Assembly (NCBI GenBank): GCA_008632985.1
Contig: QPGO01000160.1
Coordinates: forward strand, 62,001 to 126,000
Direction of reading: 5' to 3'
Source: Psammoneis japonica
Taxonomy: Eukaryota
Length of the DNA: 64,000 nt
Numbering within the stretch: position 1 is the first letter of the stretch; every line of letters starts with the position of its first letter. A model generated the notes under the pieces. It saw nothing but the letters and a program-made list of their open reading frames with translations. It was not told where the DNA came from and did not search any database. Of the stretch, positions 26,511-38,639 are shown in pieces. The position numbers and the translations under genes are program-made.

Positions 26511-27205
26511 AACGAGAAGGTCGTAACCGAGGCGCGTTGAGTGCACACGGGAGCGTATATAGGGTCTCCCGCTGTGAGGATTTTATATATATAATTCGAC
26601 CGTTAACTACTTAGGGAGAGCTTTCATGTGCAAGACTGAAGTAAAAAAGTATTGCAAAAGAGTACTTTTGAACAGCAGGTTTACTTATAGGCGACGGTTT
26701 TTGGTGCCGACTGGCAGTCGCGCAATCATTCAAAATTATTAACGTATATTCATCACAGCACCTAAAGCCGTTATTACGATCCAAATTTAAAAACGTTGAT
26801 GGGATTGATTCAAATCCACCACGTAGAATTATACATACTGGTATAGTTTAACGGCAGAATCCTCGTAGTCCAAAGAGAGACAGTAAGTTTCTACTTACAC
26901 CCCTTCTACACGATTTTTATACTGACGTACACTTGTGTACATTTTGTACCGAGAAATTCTGTGCGACTCCGAACGGTGCGCGGTCGGGTTGATGGCTCAT
27001 AATTTTTCCGGAATAGATTTGGCAACTTTCAGAAGAAGTAACCCGAAAGTTCTCTGAAAGTTGATGTGAATATAACATCACATGTCTGCACACACACATG
27101 ACCTTGAAACGCGCCAGAATTTTTACATCATCAGATTCACCACCACCCGCAAGACTTCTGCGACACCGTGCTAAAGATCGAGACTGGAGACACGGCACGG
27201 AGGAG

Positions 27206-29870
27206 ATGTCGTCTCACAAAAAAGCAGACGCAGCCACACAGCTGTCACAGAAGCCACCCGCAACAACAGAGCAGCCATGCAGCATGCCCACTTCGACCCT
27301 TGAGGTGCCAATCATGAAGGCGTCTGGGGCCCCTTCCACCACAAGTGGCGACAAGTCTGCAATCAAAACGTTTGACGCGTTTCAAGACAAAAAACAAGAC
27401 AAGCCGTTTCATGGATTGGAGGAACGTCATGTGGATGGACACCACCTCAGGACACTCATGATGCGCTTCAGCAAGTTCTTGTCAGATGAGCCCATCTGTC
27501 GGCATGACAATCTCTCCAACGGGCTGGCAGGAATTGATGGAAAGCAGCAAATTTTTGGAAAGGTCAAAGAAGCGCTGAAAATGAAGTTCCCCAAGCACCC
27601 TGACTGGGAAGACGAGGACAAGTGGCACAAGCCTCTGTTCAAAGACGTGGCAAAGGCCACTGACAAAGCCAACCTCCTCAGCATGGAGTGTTCTGACAAA
27701 AGGACTTTGCCCCTGGTTCCAAACGTGTCTTCAGAATGTGTTTGAGCCAAGCAGCGAAATGCCATTCTTACGTCGGATGGAAATTCAATGTTGAGACGTG
27801 AGAATGGTGCATTCGCAAATGACATCGAGACGTTGCTTCTTGCTCTTGTTCTGCAATGCAATTGTCCAATGATGAATGATGGCCCTCTTCAGCAGCATTG
27901 CTGGATTTTGATGGGTGCCATGGCTGCTGGACGTGGAGGGGAAGTGAGGTGTCAACGGCACGATGAATGGTTCTGGGATTTATTTTATGAGAATTTGGAA
28001 GCAACGTGGTGCGAGCCGAAGACTGTGGATTTGCATGGGCTCCTCTTCCCACCAAACAAGAAGTCTTGTCTGTTTGATCTCTACCATGCTTTTGCGTGTT
28101 TCCATTCTTGTGAGAAAGGTCTCTGTTGTCCAGATGGCATGGAGAAGGAGCTCCACAAGTGCACTTTTCCAGACTTGTGGAGCGTGAGCGACAAGCATGT
28201 TGCCGCCAAGTTGACTGCTGTTGTTCGAAACAAGGTCAACCCGGTTCTACAGAATGATTGTTCTTCAAAGTCTGTTCGAGTTGGTGTGGCTACATTCTTG
28301 AATTCGCATCGAGGAGTGTCAGTTGAAGAAGTGGACGCTCGAGTTGGATGGGCGCCCGGAGCTGCCAATGGCAAGACACACAAACGAATTGCACTGCAGC
28401 TTGCTCTTCCAGCAGCAAACGCAATGATGGGCTGGGATGATGCCACTGGCAAAAAATTTGCGCCGAATCTTGAATGTCTTGGTGGCCACGCGCAAGATGA
28501 TGTCGAACGGCTCATTGAAAAACTGCATGTGACATCTGACACCCTCAAACAATTTCCACCAGGCGGGGAGCTTCGTCCGTTCTTGCGCTCCTGCACGGCT
28601 GCCATGATTCAGCATCATGCTGAAGTTGCAAAAGAACTCTGCCAGAGCCATCAGATTGTGCGCACCTTGGAGCGTGCTGCGAAGGAAGCGAAGATTCGTG
28701 ATGGCGATGCCACTGACACATCACAAGTTCTTCGAATCTGGGGATTGAGAACAGATGCAAGCTTTCGAGACCGCAATCCAGACCTGTCGAGCGAGATGAA
28801 CCTTGCTGCACAACTGAAACAGCAGAATGAACTGTTGACACGTGTGTTGTTGGCACATGACGCTCAACGTGCCGAGATTGCAGATCAGTCTCAGACCCTT
28901 CGTAACTTGGAGATGGCTCAGCTTGAGGCCAACCGGTCCAGCAGGAAAAGGCCCATTGAACTCCTGTCATCAGACGAGGAGGAAGGTTGCATGATGGATT
29001 TGGTGGAGGGGACAAAATCCAATCAAGACGACATGATCAACAGTGACGTCATTGATGCAAACGTCGCCTCCACTCCAAACGGTGCGGCTGCCAACTCTGT
29101 GAGAACACCAGATGCTGCTGATGACGCGCCGGCTGCTTCTCGACCTCGCATTGATTCTGACGAGTCAGCGGCTGCGACTGAGCCTGTGGCGGCCTCGGCG
29201 CCAAAGCCAAAACCTTGCATTGCCGCAATGCTGCTCTCAACACGGTTTGCAAGTGCTGAGTCTTCCAAGAAGAAGAAGAAAAAGAAGCTGACACTGCAGG
29301 AGAAAGTGGATGGCTTGGTGAACAGCACAGGCGCAGGAGTGTCTTTGCATGTGTTGCTCACTTGGTTCAAGCAGCATGGACACCTTTCATCGCCGTCAAA
29401 GGAGCGGCTTTTGCAGCTGCGGTTCCCGAACAAGGAGGCAGAGCCTCAGAAATTTAAAGCCGCCACGGAGCTTCTGGAACACATTGTGACTGATGACCAG
29501 TGGCACACGATCCAACTTCATGACGACAAGTCCTTGGCTTTTCACAATGTTTGTCATGCCATGCAAAATGCATGCCTGGATGCGATGAGGAAGATGGAAG
29601 TAGACGCCGGCATGAAAAAGCCACTGGAGAACAAGAAGAAGGAACAAACTCAGCCTCACTTTGTAGGTCTTGGTCTTTGAGTTACAACATACAAGAAAAA
29701 GCAGAATGTGTCATCCATCGGCGAGAAGCAAACGAGCGCCTTGGCAGGATTTGTGAAGAAGGTTGCATCCAAAGCCACCGGCACTAGTCCCAAAAAACCC
29801 GTGAACCCACATGCAAAGAAGCAGGCCAAAGTAAAATGCATGTCAAGTTATTGTGTGTTACAGTGCGAAT
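27206..29870 (+). pseudogene. Tyrosine recombinase (Crypton-like), copy 1, with in-frame TGA stops at 27743 and 29678
   Basis: ORFs 27098.. and 27788.. share a frame. Motifs GRGGEV (RxxE), SSKSVRVG (HxxR box) and RVGW, with His (CAC 28379-28381) where the catalytic Tyr is expected. Start position approximate. Confidence 0.65.
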
Positions 29871-30010
29871 AGAAGCTTGCACTGTAGAAACATCTGTTTC
29901 AAATTTAGCACCGTGCAACTGCTGTGCGTCCGGTTGATTCGGACGAAGCAAGTGTGCTTTTCTCTCTGACGACTCCAAAACGTGCCAATCATCAAGATGC
30001 AAGTAGACCA
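29830..30010 (-). pseudogene. Degenerate duplicate of the RusA 3' end
   Basis: Aligns with ~30175-30340 (CGTCCGGT.GATTCGGACGAAGCAAG, TGCCAATCATC). Confidence 0.7.
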
Positions 30011-30237
30011 AGGTAAAACACATGCACAGTGAAAAAAACTGTGCACCTCAAATTTGGTTTAGTGCAACGACCAGTCGATTCAGATGAACAAGTTGAAAGT
30101 GCTTTTCTCGCTAACAACTGTGCAACTTGTCTTCATCACGACACAAGTGGGCCAAAGTAAAATGCAACTGGGAGAAGTAAAATGCACATCAAGTGATCAG
30201 GCGCTGCAGCACATTCACAGAACCATCTGTTTCTGTT

Positions 30238-30876
30238 TCAAATTTCATTCAATGCAACGACTGTTCGTCCGGTAGATTCGGACGAAGCAAGCACCTTTTT
30301 CGCCGACAACTCTGATGCTTGCCAATCATCTTGATACAATGTTGTGTTCAAGCTGTCCAAAACAAACTTGCAGAGATTGTCAATGTCTCCTGCATCCTTG
30401 AGACTCTTCCCAGGAAAAGCAAATTCAATCCGAGCCTTCAACAAGACACCGCCACGGAACTTTGGTGCTGAATCTAGTCTGGATCGGCAGAGAGCTGATG
30501 CCACGCTTGCAAACTCTTTCTCATCAGCTTGGTTTGGATTGCAAACGTTTCCATTCCACCCACGCTTTGGTCTTGACTTTGGTGTTGGCTTTCCGACAAC
30601 GTCAAATTCAATGGAAGATCCGGTGCATGAAAATGGGGGCATGTTCGAGACGGAGAATTTGGGCGATCGGATCTTTCGAGGACGCCCTCGTTTCTTCTTC
30701 CTTGATGGTTCACCTTTGCCAGCACTGCCAAATCTTGATGATGCCTGCAGGTTTGGAGCAACAGCCACGCTCTCAAAGTCTTTTCCACCTTCGTGGTCGC
30801 TTGCGCTGTCTGCAACCATTGCGTCGTCGGCAGTTCCTCCTTCAAAACTTCGCTTCTTGACCATTCTGCCATCCAT
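30238..30876 (-). CDS. AT-hook plus RusA-family Holliday junction endonuclease
   Basis: KKKRGRPRK AT-hook; GKPTPKSRPK; DIDNLCKFVLDSLN; LYQDDWQ; GRTVV. The RusA DxDNxxK...D...DD catalytic pattern is present. Confidence 0.85.
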   Translation of the reverse strand: MDGRMVKKRSFEGGTADDAMVADSASDHEGGKDFESVAVAPNLQASSRFGSAGKGEPSRKKKRGRPRKIRSPKFSVSNMPPFSCTGSSIEFDVVGKPTPKSRPKRGWNGNVCNPNQADEKEFASVASALCRSRLDSAPKFRGGVLLKARIEFAFPGKSLKDAGDIDNLCKFVLDSLNTTLYQDDWQASELSAKKVLASSESTGRTVVALNEI

Positions 30877-31239
30877 TGCACTTTGGGCATTCAGGAAACT
30901 TCTCTACAGTCCTCCTCAGTGCAGCAGGAGAAAAGGCTTTCCGTGTGAGGATTCGCGTGCGATGGCAACATGTTTCCATCGCTCATCGCGTGAGCTTTCG
31001 TGTTTCGATTGATTTTTGATTTTTTTCAAATTTCAATTTTTCCGGAATAGATTTGGCAACTTTCAGAAGAAGCAACCCGAAAGTTCTCTGAAAGTTGATG
31101 TGAACATAACATCACATGTCTGCACACACACATGACCTTGAAACGCGCCAGAATTTTTACATCATCAGATTCACCACCACCCGCAAGACTTCTGCGACAC
31201 CGTGCAAAAGATCGAGACTAGAGACACGGCACGGAGGAG

Positions 31240-32560
31240 ATGTCGTCTCACAAAAAAGCAGACGCAGCCACACAGCTGTCACAGAAGCCACCCGCAACAA
31301 CAGAGCAGCCGTGCAGCATGCCCACTTCGACCCTTGAGGTGCCAATCATGAAGGCGTCTAGGGCCCCTTCCACCACAAGTGGCGACAAGTCTGCAATCAA
31401 AACGTTTGACGCGTTTCAAGACAAAAAACAAGACAAGCCGTTTCATGGATTGGAGGAACGTCATGTGGATGGACACCACCTCAGGACACTCATGATGCGC
31501 TTCAGCAAGTTCTTGTCAGATGAGCCCATCTGTCGGCATGACAATCCCTCCAACGGGCTAGCAGGAATTGATGGAAAGCAGCGAATTTTTGGAAAGGTCA
31601 AAGAAGCACTGAAAATGAAGTTCCCCAAGCACCCTGACTGGGAAGACGAGGACAAGTGGCACAAGCCTCTGTTCAAAGACGTGGCAAAGGCCGCTGACAA
31701 AGCCAACCTCCTTGGCATGGAGTGTTCTGACAAAAGGACTTTGCCCCTGGTTCCAAACGTGTCTTCAGAATGTGTTTGAGCCAAGCAGCGAAATGCCATT
31801 CTTACGTCGGATGGAAATTCAATGTTGAGACGTGAGAATGGTGCACTCGCAAACGACATCGAGACGCTGCTTCTTGCTCTTGTTCTGCAATGCAATTGTC
31901 CAATGATGAATGATGGCCCTCTTCAGCAGCATTGCTGGATTTTGATGGGTGCCATGGCTGCTGGATGTGGAGGGGAAGTGAGGTGTCAACGGCACAATGA
32001 ATGGTTCTGGGATTCATTTTATGAGAATTTGGAAGCAACGTGGTGCGAGCCGAAGACTGTGGATTTGCATGGGCTCCTCTTCCCACCAAACAAGAAGTCT
32101 TGTCTATTTGATCTCTACCATGCTTTTGTGTGTTTCCATTCTTGTGAGAAAGGTCTCTGTCGTCCAGACGGCATGGAGAAGGAGCTCCACAAGTGTACTT
32201 TTCCAGACTTGTGGAGCGTGAGCGACAAGCATGTTGCCGCTAAGTTGACTGCTGTTGTTCGAAACAAGGTCAACCCGGTTCTACAGAATGATTGTTCTTC
32301 AAAGTCTGTTCGAGTTGGTGTGGCTACATTCTTGAATTCGCATCGAGGAGTGTCAGTTGAAGAAGCGGACGCTCGAGTTGGATGGGCGCCCGGAGCTGCC
32401 AATGGCAAGACACACAAACGAATTGCACCGCAGCTTGCTCTTCCAGCAGCAAACGCAATGATGGGCTGGGATGATGCCACCGGCAAAAAATTTGCGCCGA
32501 ATCTTGAATGTCTTGGTGGCCACGCGCAAGATGATGTCGAACGGCTCATTGAAAAACTGC
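31240..32560 (+). pseudogene. Tyrosine recombinase copy 2, truncated
   Basis: Near-identical to copy 1 including the internal TGA; homology stops abruptly after GAAAAACTGC at 32560. Confidence 0.7.
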
Positions 32561-33912
32561 GGCCGATCGACAACCACCGCTCCCTCCGACAATGGCGCTT
32601 TTGGCCGTTTTGACCGGTGCGACACCGCCTCCCGACCCCCACCTTGCTTGACAGTGTTGTGAGCCATTGGGTCGTGCCATGTGAGTGAGCCCTGGCTCTG
32701 GAATGGGTCAGAATGACTCAAAATGTGGTGAGTTCTGATTCTCGTGGAATCGTGCGTCTTTTTCCCCGTTCTCGTTCGCAATGGCGCTCACCTTGAACCT
32801 CCTTGTCCCGTGTCTTGATGTGTGGGAATCGAAGATGGGGATGTCGAAGTCCACGGGTCTACGCCGTCGCCGTCACCATTTTTGGCTCCGTCACCGTTCC
32901 ACCATGGCTTGCTGCTTCTGTCCCGGTCCATGCCGTACCACCATGGCGCTGCCTCCGTTCTCCAAGCTTCTGCCACGATTTGTATGGACCGGACCAGTCA
33001 CTCGATCCCAAGCTCCGACTTTCTACCATTGCTCATGCCGATTTGCAGCCTGCTTTTGTCGTCCTGCTCCGTGGAACCACCAGACTGCCTCTCTTCCATC
33101 TGTCCTCCCTGCCCGCCGTTGACGATCCAGGCACCCCAAGTTTTGACCCTACTGGTGAGTTTACATTGGTCGTTTGCTCGTTGTTGCTTTGTATTTGTAG
33201 AAAAGTATGTTCTTACCTCCTTGTGTTGTTCCATTTCACCGCAGATGTGGTCATTTTGCAGGCGCAGGTGCCGTGCTTCTCTGTGCAAGTTTTTGTGCTC
33301 ACCAATGTTGTCTTGCTTTGTTCTTTTTATTGAAGATATGGTACTAACTCAAATAGATCTTTTCTCTCTTTTGCGCCCTCTTGCAACATCGTTGGATTGC
33401 TGTCTTTGCGTCTCTCTCCGGCACTTGCATCATTGTCGGTCTCTTCGCTCGTGCTTCGCTCGCGTCGTCTCTTCTCCACGCTCGCTTCCCCTATTAATTG
33501 TACGTACGTAATTTCTACATAAATGCCTCATATATAGAGTACCAAATTACATAGTAACGGCCGTTAACGGTTTTTAGAATTACTTAGGCCCACCCACACT
33601 CGAGCAGTGGGAGTCCATGCAGTTTTTCCCGGTGTTGTCTGTCCCTCCATCCCTCCTGCCTACGCCTTTGACAGAGTCATTGAAGCCTTTTCTGCTTTCC
33701 ACAAGCCTAGAAGAAAGGGCAATTGAAAATACTTATAGGGAAAATAGCAATAAGTAATTGACGGTCACAGTCTTAGCTGCTTTCGGTCTAAGACAAATAA
33801 CTGTTTCACGATACCGTTCCCTCATTTTTTTTGTCTTGTTTCTTCTCGTTCACTAGAATCTCTGAAAGAACCGACACCTACCAATCGCTTCATCAAAAGG
33901 ATTGATGGAAAG

Positions 33913-36563
33913 ATGAAGACCTTCCTCAAGACGTTGTTTCTCCTTGGCTCTTTTGCTCTCTGCTGCGAGGCAATTGGTGAGTGATCTGCAAACTTCAGAG
34001 CGTGATTGAGCTTTGCGATGATGAAAAAGATGTACTCACGCATTCGTTTCGTTATCCGTACTTACAACTATAGACGCTTTGGAGAATTCGGATGTGATCG
34101 AGGAGACCTTGGTCGAGGTAAGTATCGCTTCGCCATTGACATTCTGGACACCTCTATATGATCCGAGTCATCACTCATCATTTCCCTCTGTGGACTCTGG
34201 CTCAGCCCGACCTCGGCGACGAAAGTGCTGGTCCTGACAGTTGGACTGGAAGGAAACTAGCCACTGTAAGTCGCAGATATTTTAATCTATGAAATATTCA
34301 CAGCTGTGCTGATAGACTTAACCAACCGCGCATCATTGTCTTATTTCTCCCCTCAGTATACCGGAGCGTGCTGCTTTGCCGACAATTGCCTCGTCTTGAC
34401 AGAGCATAACTGTCGGCAAAAGCGAGGATCATTGAAAGCCTTCGGCACGAAATGTAGCAGGAAAGTTTGTCCCGCCGCCTATGGTGCTTGCTGCCTTCCG
34501 GACGGCTCCTGCAAGATATTCAAGAAGAATTTCTGTCATACCAAACGCGGTACCTGGAAGGGTCCCGGAAGCAATTGCAAAAAAGCTCATTGTGGGGGGT
34601 ACAAACCGCCTAGTCCTCCTTCTGGGTATAAACCACCTACTCCTTCCGGGTACAAACCACCTAGTCATACCCCAAGCCATGGCAGTGTTGTCGCATGTTG
34701 CCTCAAGAATCAAAACAAGTGCCGCTTTCTTAAGAAGCACCTTTGTCTAAAACAGGGCGGCCACGTCGTTGGTAACAGGTGCACCCTGAAGACCTGTCCC
34801 GCTACTTTTTCTGCCTGTTGCATGCGCAATGGAACATGCAAGAACGTCAGAACTAAAAAGCAGTGCGACGATCACTACGGAACTTTCAAAGGATTTGGTA
34901 CTCAGTGTCATCCTGGAATCTGTACGCACAACTCGACGCCGCCGCCGCCGACGCCGCCAAAGACGGGCGCCTGCTGTTTGCGAGGAGGCCATTTTTGCGT
35001 AGATGTCACGGAACATGAGTGCTACGACAGCGGTGGAACGTTTAAAGGAGTAGGAACGTCTTGCAGCTCTGGAATTTGCAAGATTCATCACCCCAATCCA
35101 ACGCCGCCACCGCCACCGACCCCCAAAACGGGCGCCTGCTGTTTGCCAGGAGGTGATCATTGCATGGATGTCACGGAACATGAGTGTCACCTCAAGTATG
35201 GAACGTTCAAAGGAGTAGGAACGACTTGCAGTTCTGGAATCTGCAAGATTCATCATCCCAAGCCAGATGTCGCTACGGGAGCTTGTTGTTTCAAGAATGG
35301 GGAACCATGCCGAATCACCACCGCAAAGTGGTGTCACCAAGAAGGCGGGCATTACCAAGGCGATGATAGCCTTTGCGAAAAAACGTGCCCCGGTGCGTGC
35401 TGTCTACAAGATGGATACTACTGTTTGGATGTGTCGGACTTTGAGTGCTACCTCAAGCATGGAACGTTCAAAGGAACAGAAACGTCATGTCGACCCGGAA
35501 TCTGCAAGTTTCATCACGTCACGCCAACTCCACCACCACCACCGACCCCAAAGACGGGCGCCTGCTGCCTGCAAGGGGGTTACTATTGTGTGGATATCTC
35601 GGACCATGAGTGCTACGACAGCGGTGGAACGTTTAAAGGAGTAGGAACGTCTTGCAGCTCTGGAATTTGCAAGATTCATCACCCAAAGCCAACGCCGCCG
35701 CCGCCACCAACCCCAAAGACGGGCGCCTGCTGTTTGCCGGGAGGTGATCGTTGCATGGATGTCACGGATTATGAGTGCTACCTCAAGTACGGAACGTTCA
35801 AAGGAGTAGGAACGACTTGCATTTCTGGAATCTGCAAGATTCATCACCCCAAGCCACCAACGCCGACCCCAAAGACGGGCGCCTGCTGTTTGCCAGGAGG
35901 TGATCGTTGCATGGATGTCACGGATCATGAGTGCTACCTCAAGTATGGAACGTTCAAGGGAGTAGGAACGACTTGCATTTCTGGAATCTGCAAGATTCAT
36001 CATCCCAAGCCACCAACCAAGACGGGCGCCTGCTGTTTGCCCGGAGGTGATCATTGCTTGGATGTCACGGATCATGAGTGTTACCTCAAGTATGGAACCT
36101 TCAAGGGAGTAGGAACGACTTGCAGTTCTGGAATCTGCAAGATTCATCATCCCAAACCACCAACCAAGACGGGCGCCTGCTGTTTGCCAGGAGGTGATCA
36201 TTGTTTGGATGTCACAGAGCAAGAGTGCTACCTCAAGTACGGAACGTTTAATGGAATAGGGACGTCTTGCAGTACCTAAGTTGCAAGATTCCTCCCCCCA
36301 AGCAAGATGTCGAGAATGGAGCGTGTTGTTTCAAGAATGGAGAAAAATGCCGCGTCACCACGAAGGAATGGTGTCACCTGGAAGGTGGGAATTACCAAGG
36401 CCCACACACAACGTGTGAGAAACATTGTCCCGGTGCATGCTGCTTGCAAAGTGGTCACTACAAGAGCCTTTGTATTACTGCCTTGAAGCACGAATGCGAT
36501 GGCAATTACGGCATATTCAAGGGCACAGATAAGTCGTGCGATCACCCTGGGATTTGCCATTAG
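33913..36563 (+). CDS. GACC-repeat gene D (paralog of B/C): 15 modules, His-rich, 1-bp frameshift near 36277
   Basis: Exons 33913-33976, 34074-34117, 34206-34265 and 34357-36563; pro-peptide ends TGRKLAT; near-identical internal repeats GACCLPGGD..CKIHHPKP. Confidence 0.85.
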
Positions 36564-36796
36564 AGGCTTTCTCTCTCTCTCTGTTATTGTTCAATCATGA
36601 GCAAGGAAAAAGGATACAGTAAGATCAAGAGTAGAGGCTGCAGTTTTGCTCAAACTTGATAGTTTTCTGACGTACTGTTAATATAATAGTGGCGTCCTGT
36701 TGCATTCATATCATTAACTCGTTATCTGATATGTGCCAGTCTTCTCTTTCATGACCTCATACGTACTTCTTCAGTATCAACCACCAACAAACCCTA

Positions 36797-37347
36797 TTAC
36801 ACTTGCTTATCGGGCGGCCCGTCTTTAGTAGGATAGATAATTCCCTGGTCGGCCAACGGATTGGCATGAATCGTCACCTGCTTTATCACTGGAGGCATCA
36901 ACGGCTTGTACATTTTACTCTTTTTCGTCCCACCCACAACAGGCAATCGTTCCATTTGATCCAGCACATCCCACCCATCCAACATTCTTCCAAATACAGT
37001 GTAGACATTGTTCAAATGCGGCTGTCTCTCGTACAGAACAAAGAATTGCGACTTGTTTGAATTCGGTTTGCCCGTCGATGCCATGCTGAGCATTCCTCGT
37101 TTGTCGTGTGTGTTGTTGGGATGAAATTCATTATCAAAAGGCCCGCCCCAAATCGAATCACCACCTTTCCAGTACCTGTCGGATCGCCCCCTTGAATCAT
37201 AAAGCCCTTCATGTTGCGTCCAAATTCGACTCCGTCGTAATAACCTGAAGCACAAAGTGCTAAGAAATTAAAGCATGTTCGAGGAGCTGTATCACAAAAC
37301 AATTCGAACTTGAGATCTCCCAAACTCGTATGTAGAGTAACAGACAT
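36797..37347 (-). CDS. PPIL3: Cyclophilin-type PPIase, PPIL3/Cyp10-like
   Basis: MSVTLHTSLGDLKFELFC, NFLALCASGYY, FMIQGGDPTGTGKGGDSIWG and SQFF motifs. One missing A in a homopolymer near 37167. Confidence 0.85.
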
Positions 37348-37667
37348 ATTGACGAGTCTAAAGTTTATAGTGATGAGTGGAATAAGCGTTTTGCGTACAG
37401 TATAACCGAGGGCAATTGTGATTTCCAGATTTTCTGTTGTTGTCTGTGGTGGTCGCTTGTGCAAGTCGATTTAGCGTGATTTTAGAAAAATAGCTCCCCC
37501 GCTGCCTCTCACGTAGACTCTCTAGAGTAGGTTTGTACCGGAGGTTGCACTTGGCTTCGACTGTGTGCGTCTGGGGGGGGGGGCACGACTGAAAGCACGA
37601 AGCAAGCACGACACCAGGACAACAGCAAAAAGAGCCGCATAAACAACGCAACAAAAGCACACCAGTA

Positions 37668-38528
37668 ATGGCAACCATGGAGACCGACAATGATAGCAAT
37701 AGAGAGCCTTGGTACTCTTCCATGGCAGGCAGAGTGCCGATCCCTTCAGATACAACGTCTGCCAACAGCGAACCCAACCAGAATTCCCTGTTTGTGGGAT
37801 CGCTCTCGGCGGCAGCAAATGAACTCTTTTTGCGCGAGAAGAACATCATGCACATTCTGACAGTAGCCAAAGGCCTGTACGTTGAGATCCCCCAGGATAA
37901 GGACGGAAAATCGCGACAGCACAAGATAGTGGCTTGTCACGACCATCCCATGGCCGACATGCTCCAAGTTCTCCCCGAATGCCTCGACTTTGTCCAAGAG
38001 GGTTTGGCACACGGTGGTGTTTTGGTGCATTGCGCCTCGGGTGTGAGCCGATCTGTGACGGTCTGCGCCGCCTTTCTCATGATACATCATCAAACGTCGG
38101 CAAAGGATGCTCTCGGCTTGATGTGCTCGACAAGAAAATGTGCGAACCCCAACATTGGATTTCGGCCGCAGCTAGAGTTGCTGGAGCGGCATGGCGGAGA
38201 CATTGCTGCAGCCCAAGCCACTTGGTCGCAACAGCATTCCTTTCTTGTGCAAGATACACAACGTCAACGAGAAGTCGTCAATCAGCTCCACGTGCGTGTG
38301 GATGCCTTGGAAGAGATCGTCGCCGCCAAGATGAGCAAAGAAGTCTGTGGCGAAACGAAGGCTTCGTTCATGGATGACATGGTCCAACTTGTGAGACTCC
38401 AAAGCGAACTGGACTCATGTTTGCCAGCAGAGGGCGATGGGCTCGTGGATCCACCCTCCAAAATGATGCGCAAGTCAGCTGCTGCAAAGGTTGAGTGATT
38501 GCTCATTTCGCTGGAGAAGAAGGAATGA
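37668..38528 (+). CDS. Dual-specificity protein phosphatase, 3' half mutated, premature TGA at 38496
   Basis: LFVGS, VLVHCASGVSRS (HCxxGxSRS) and ANPNIGF motifs. The frame continues LLISLEKKE* after the TGA (probable CGA->TGA). Confidence 0.85.
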
Positions 38529-38639
38529 AGCATTCGTTGAATGCACCAATGCACCAGTTTCACACTGTAGACCTCTTCGTAGTAGAAAGATGCATTGGAC
38601 AGACATTTTTATCAAACTTCTTACTACCCTCATCACTGA

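Larger units (their letters stand above)
27001..32560 (+). mobile_element. Tandem Crypton-like tyrosine-recombinase element: ~4.03-kb unit plus truncated second copy
   Basis: 27001-28528 is nearly identical to 31035-32560. Contains a YR ORF and an opposite-strand RusA gene; strongly TpA-depleted. Confidence 0.75.

Noticed and set aside
27001..32560. Prophage or bacterial contamination suggested by integrase plus RusA
   Set aside because: No phage structural genes; embedded among intron-containing genes; carries an AT-hook and basic NLS-like tracts.
34900..36270. Regularly spaced DNA repeats resembling a CRISPR array
   Set aside because: They are in-frame protein repeats without unique spacers, in a eukaryotic gene with no cas genes nearby.
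36277..37170. Programmed frameshifting or stop read-through
   Set aside because: No consistent slippery motif; assembly error and CGA->TGA decay are simpler explanations.
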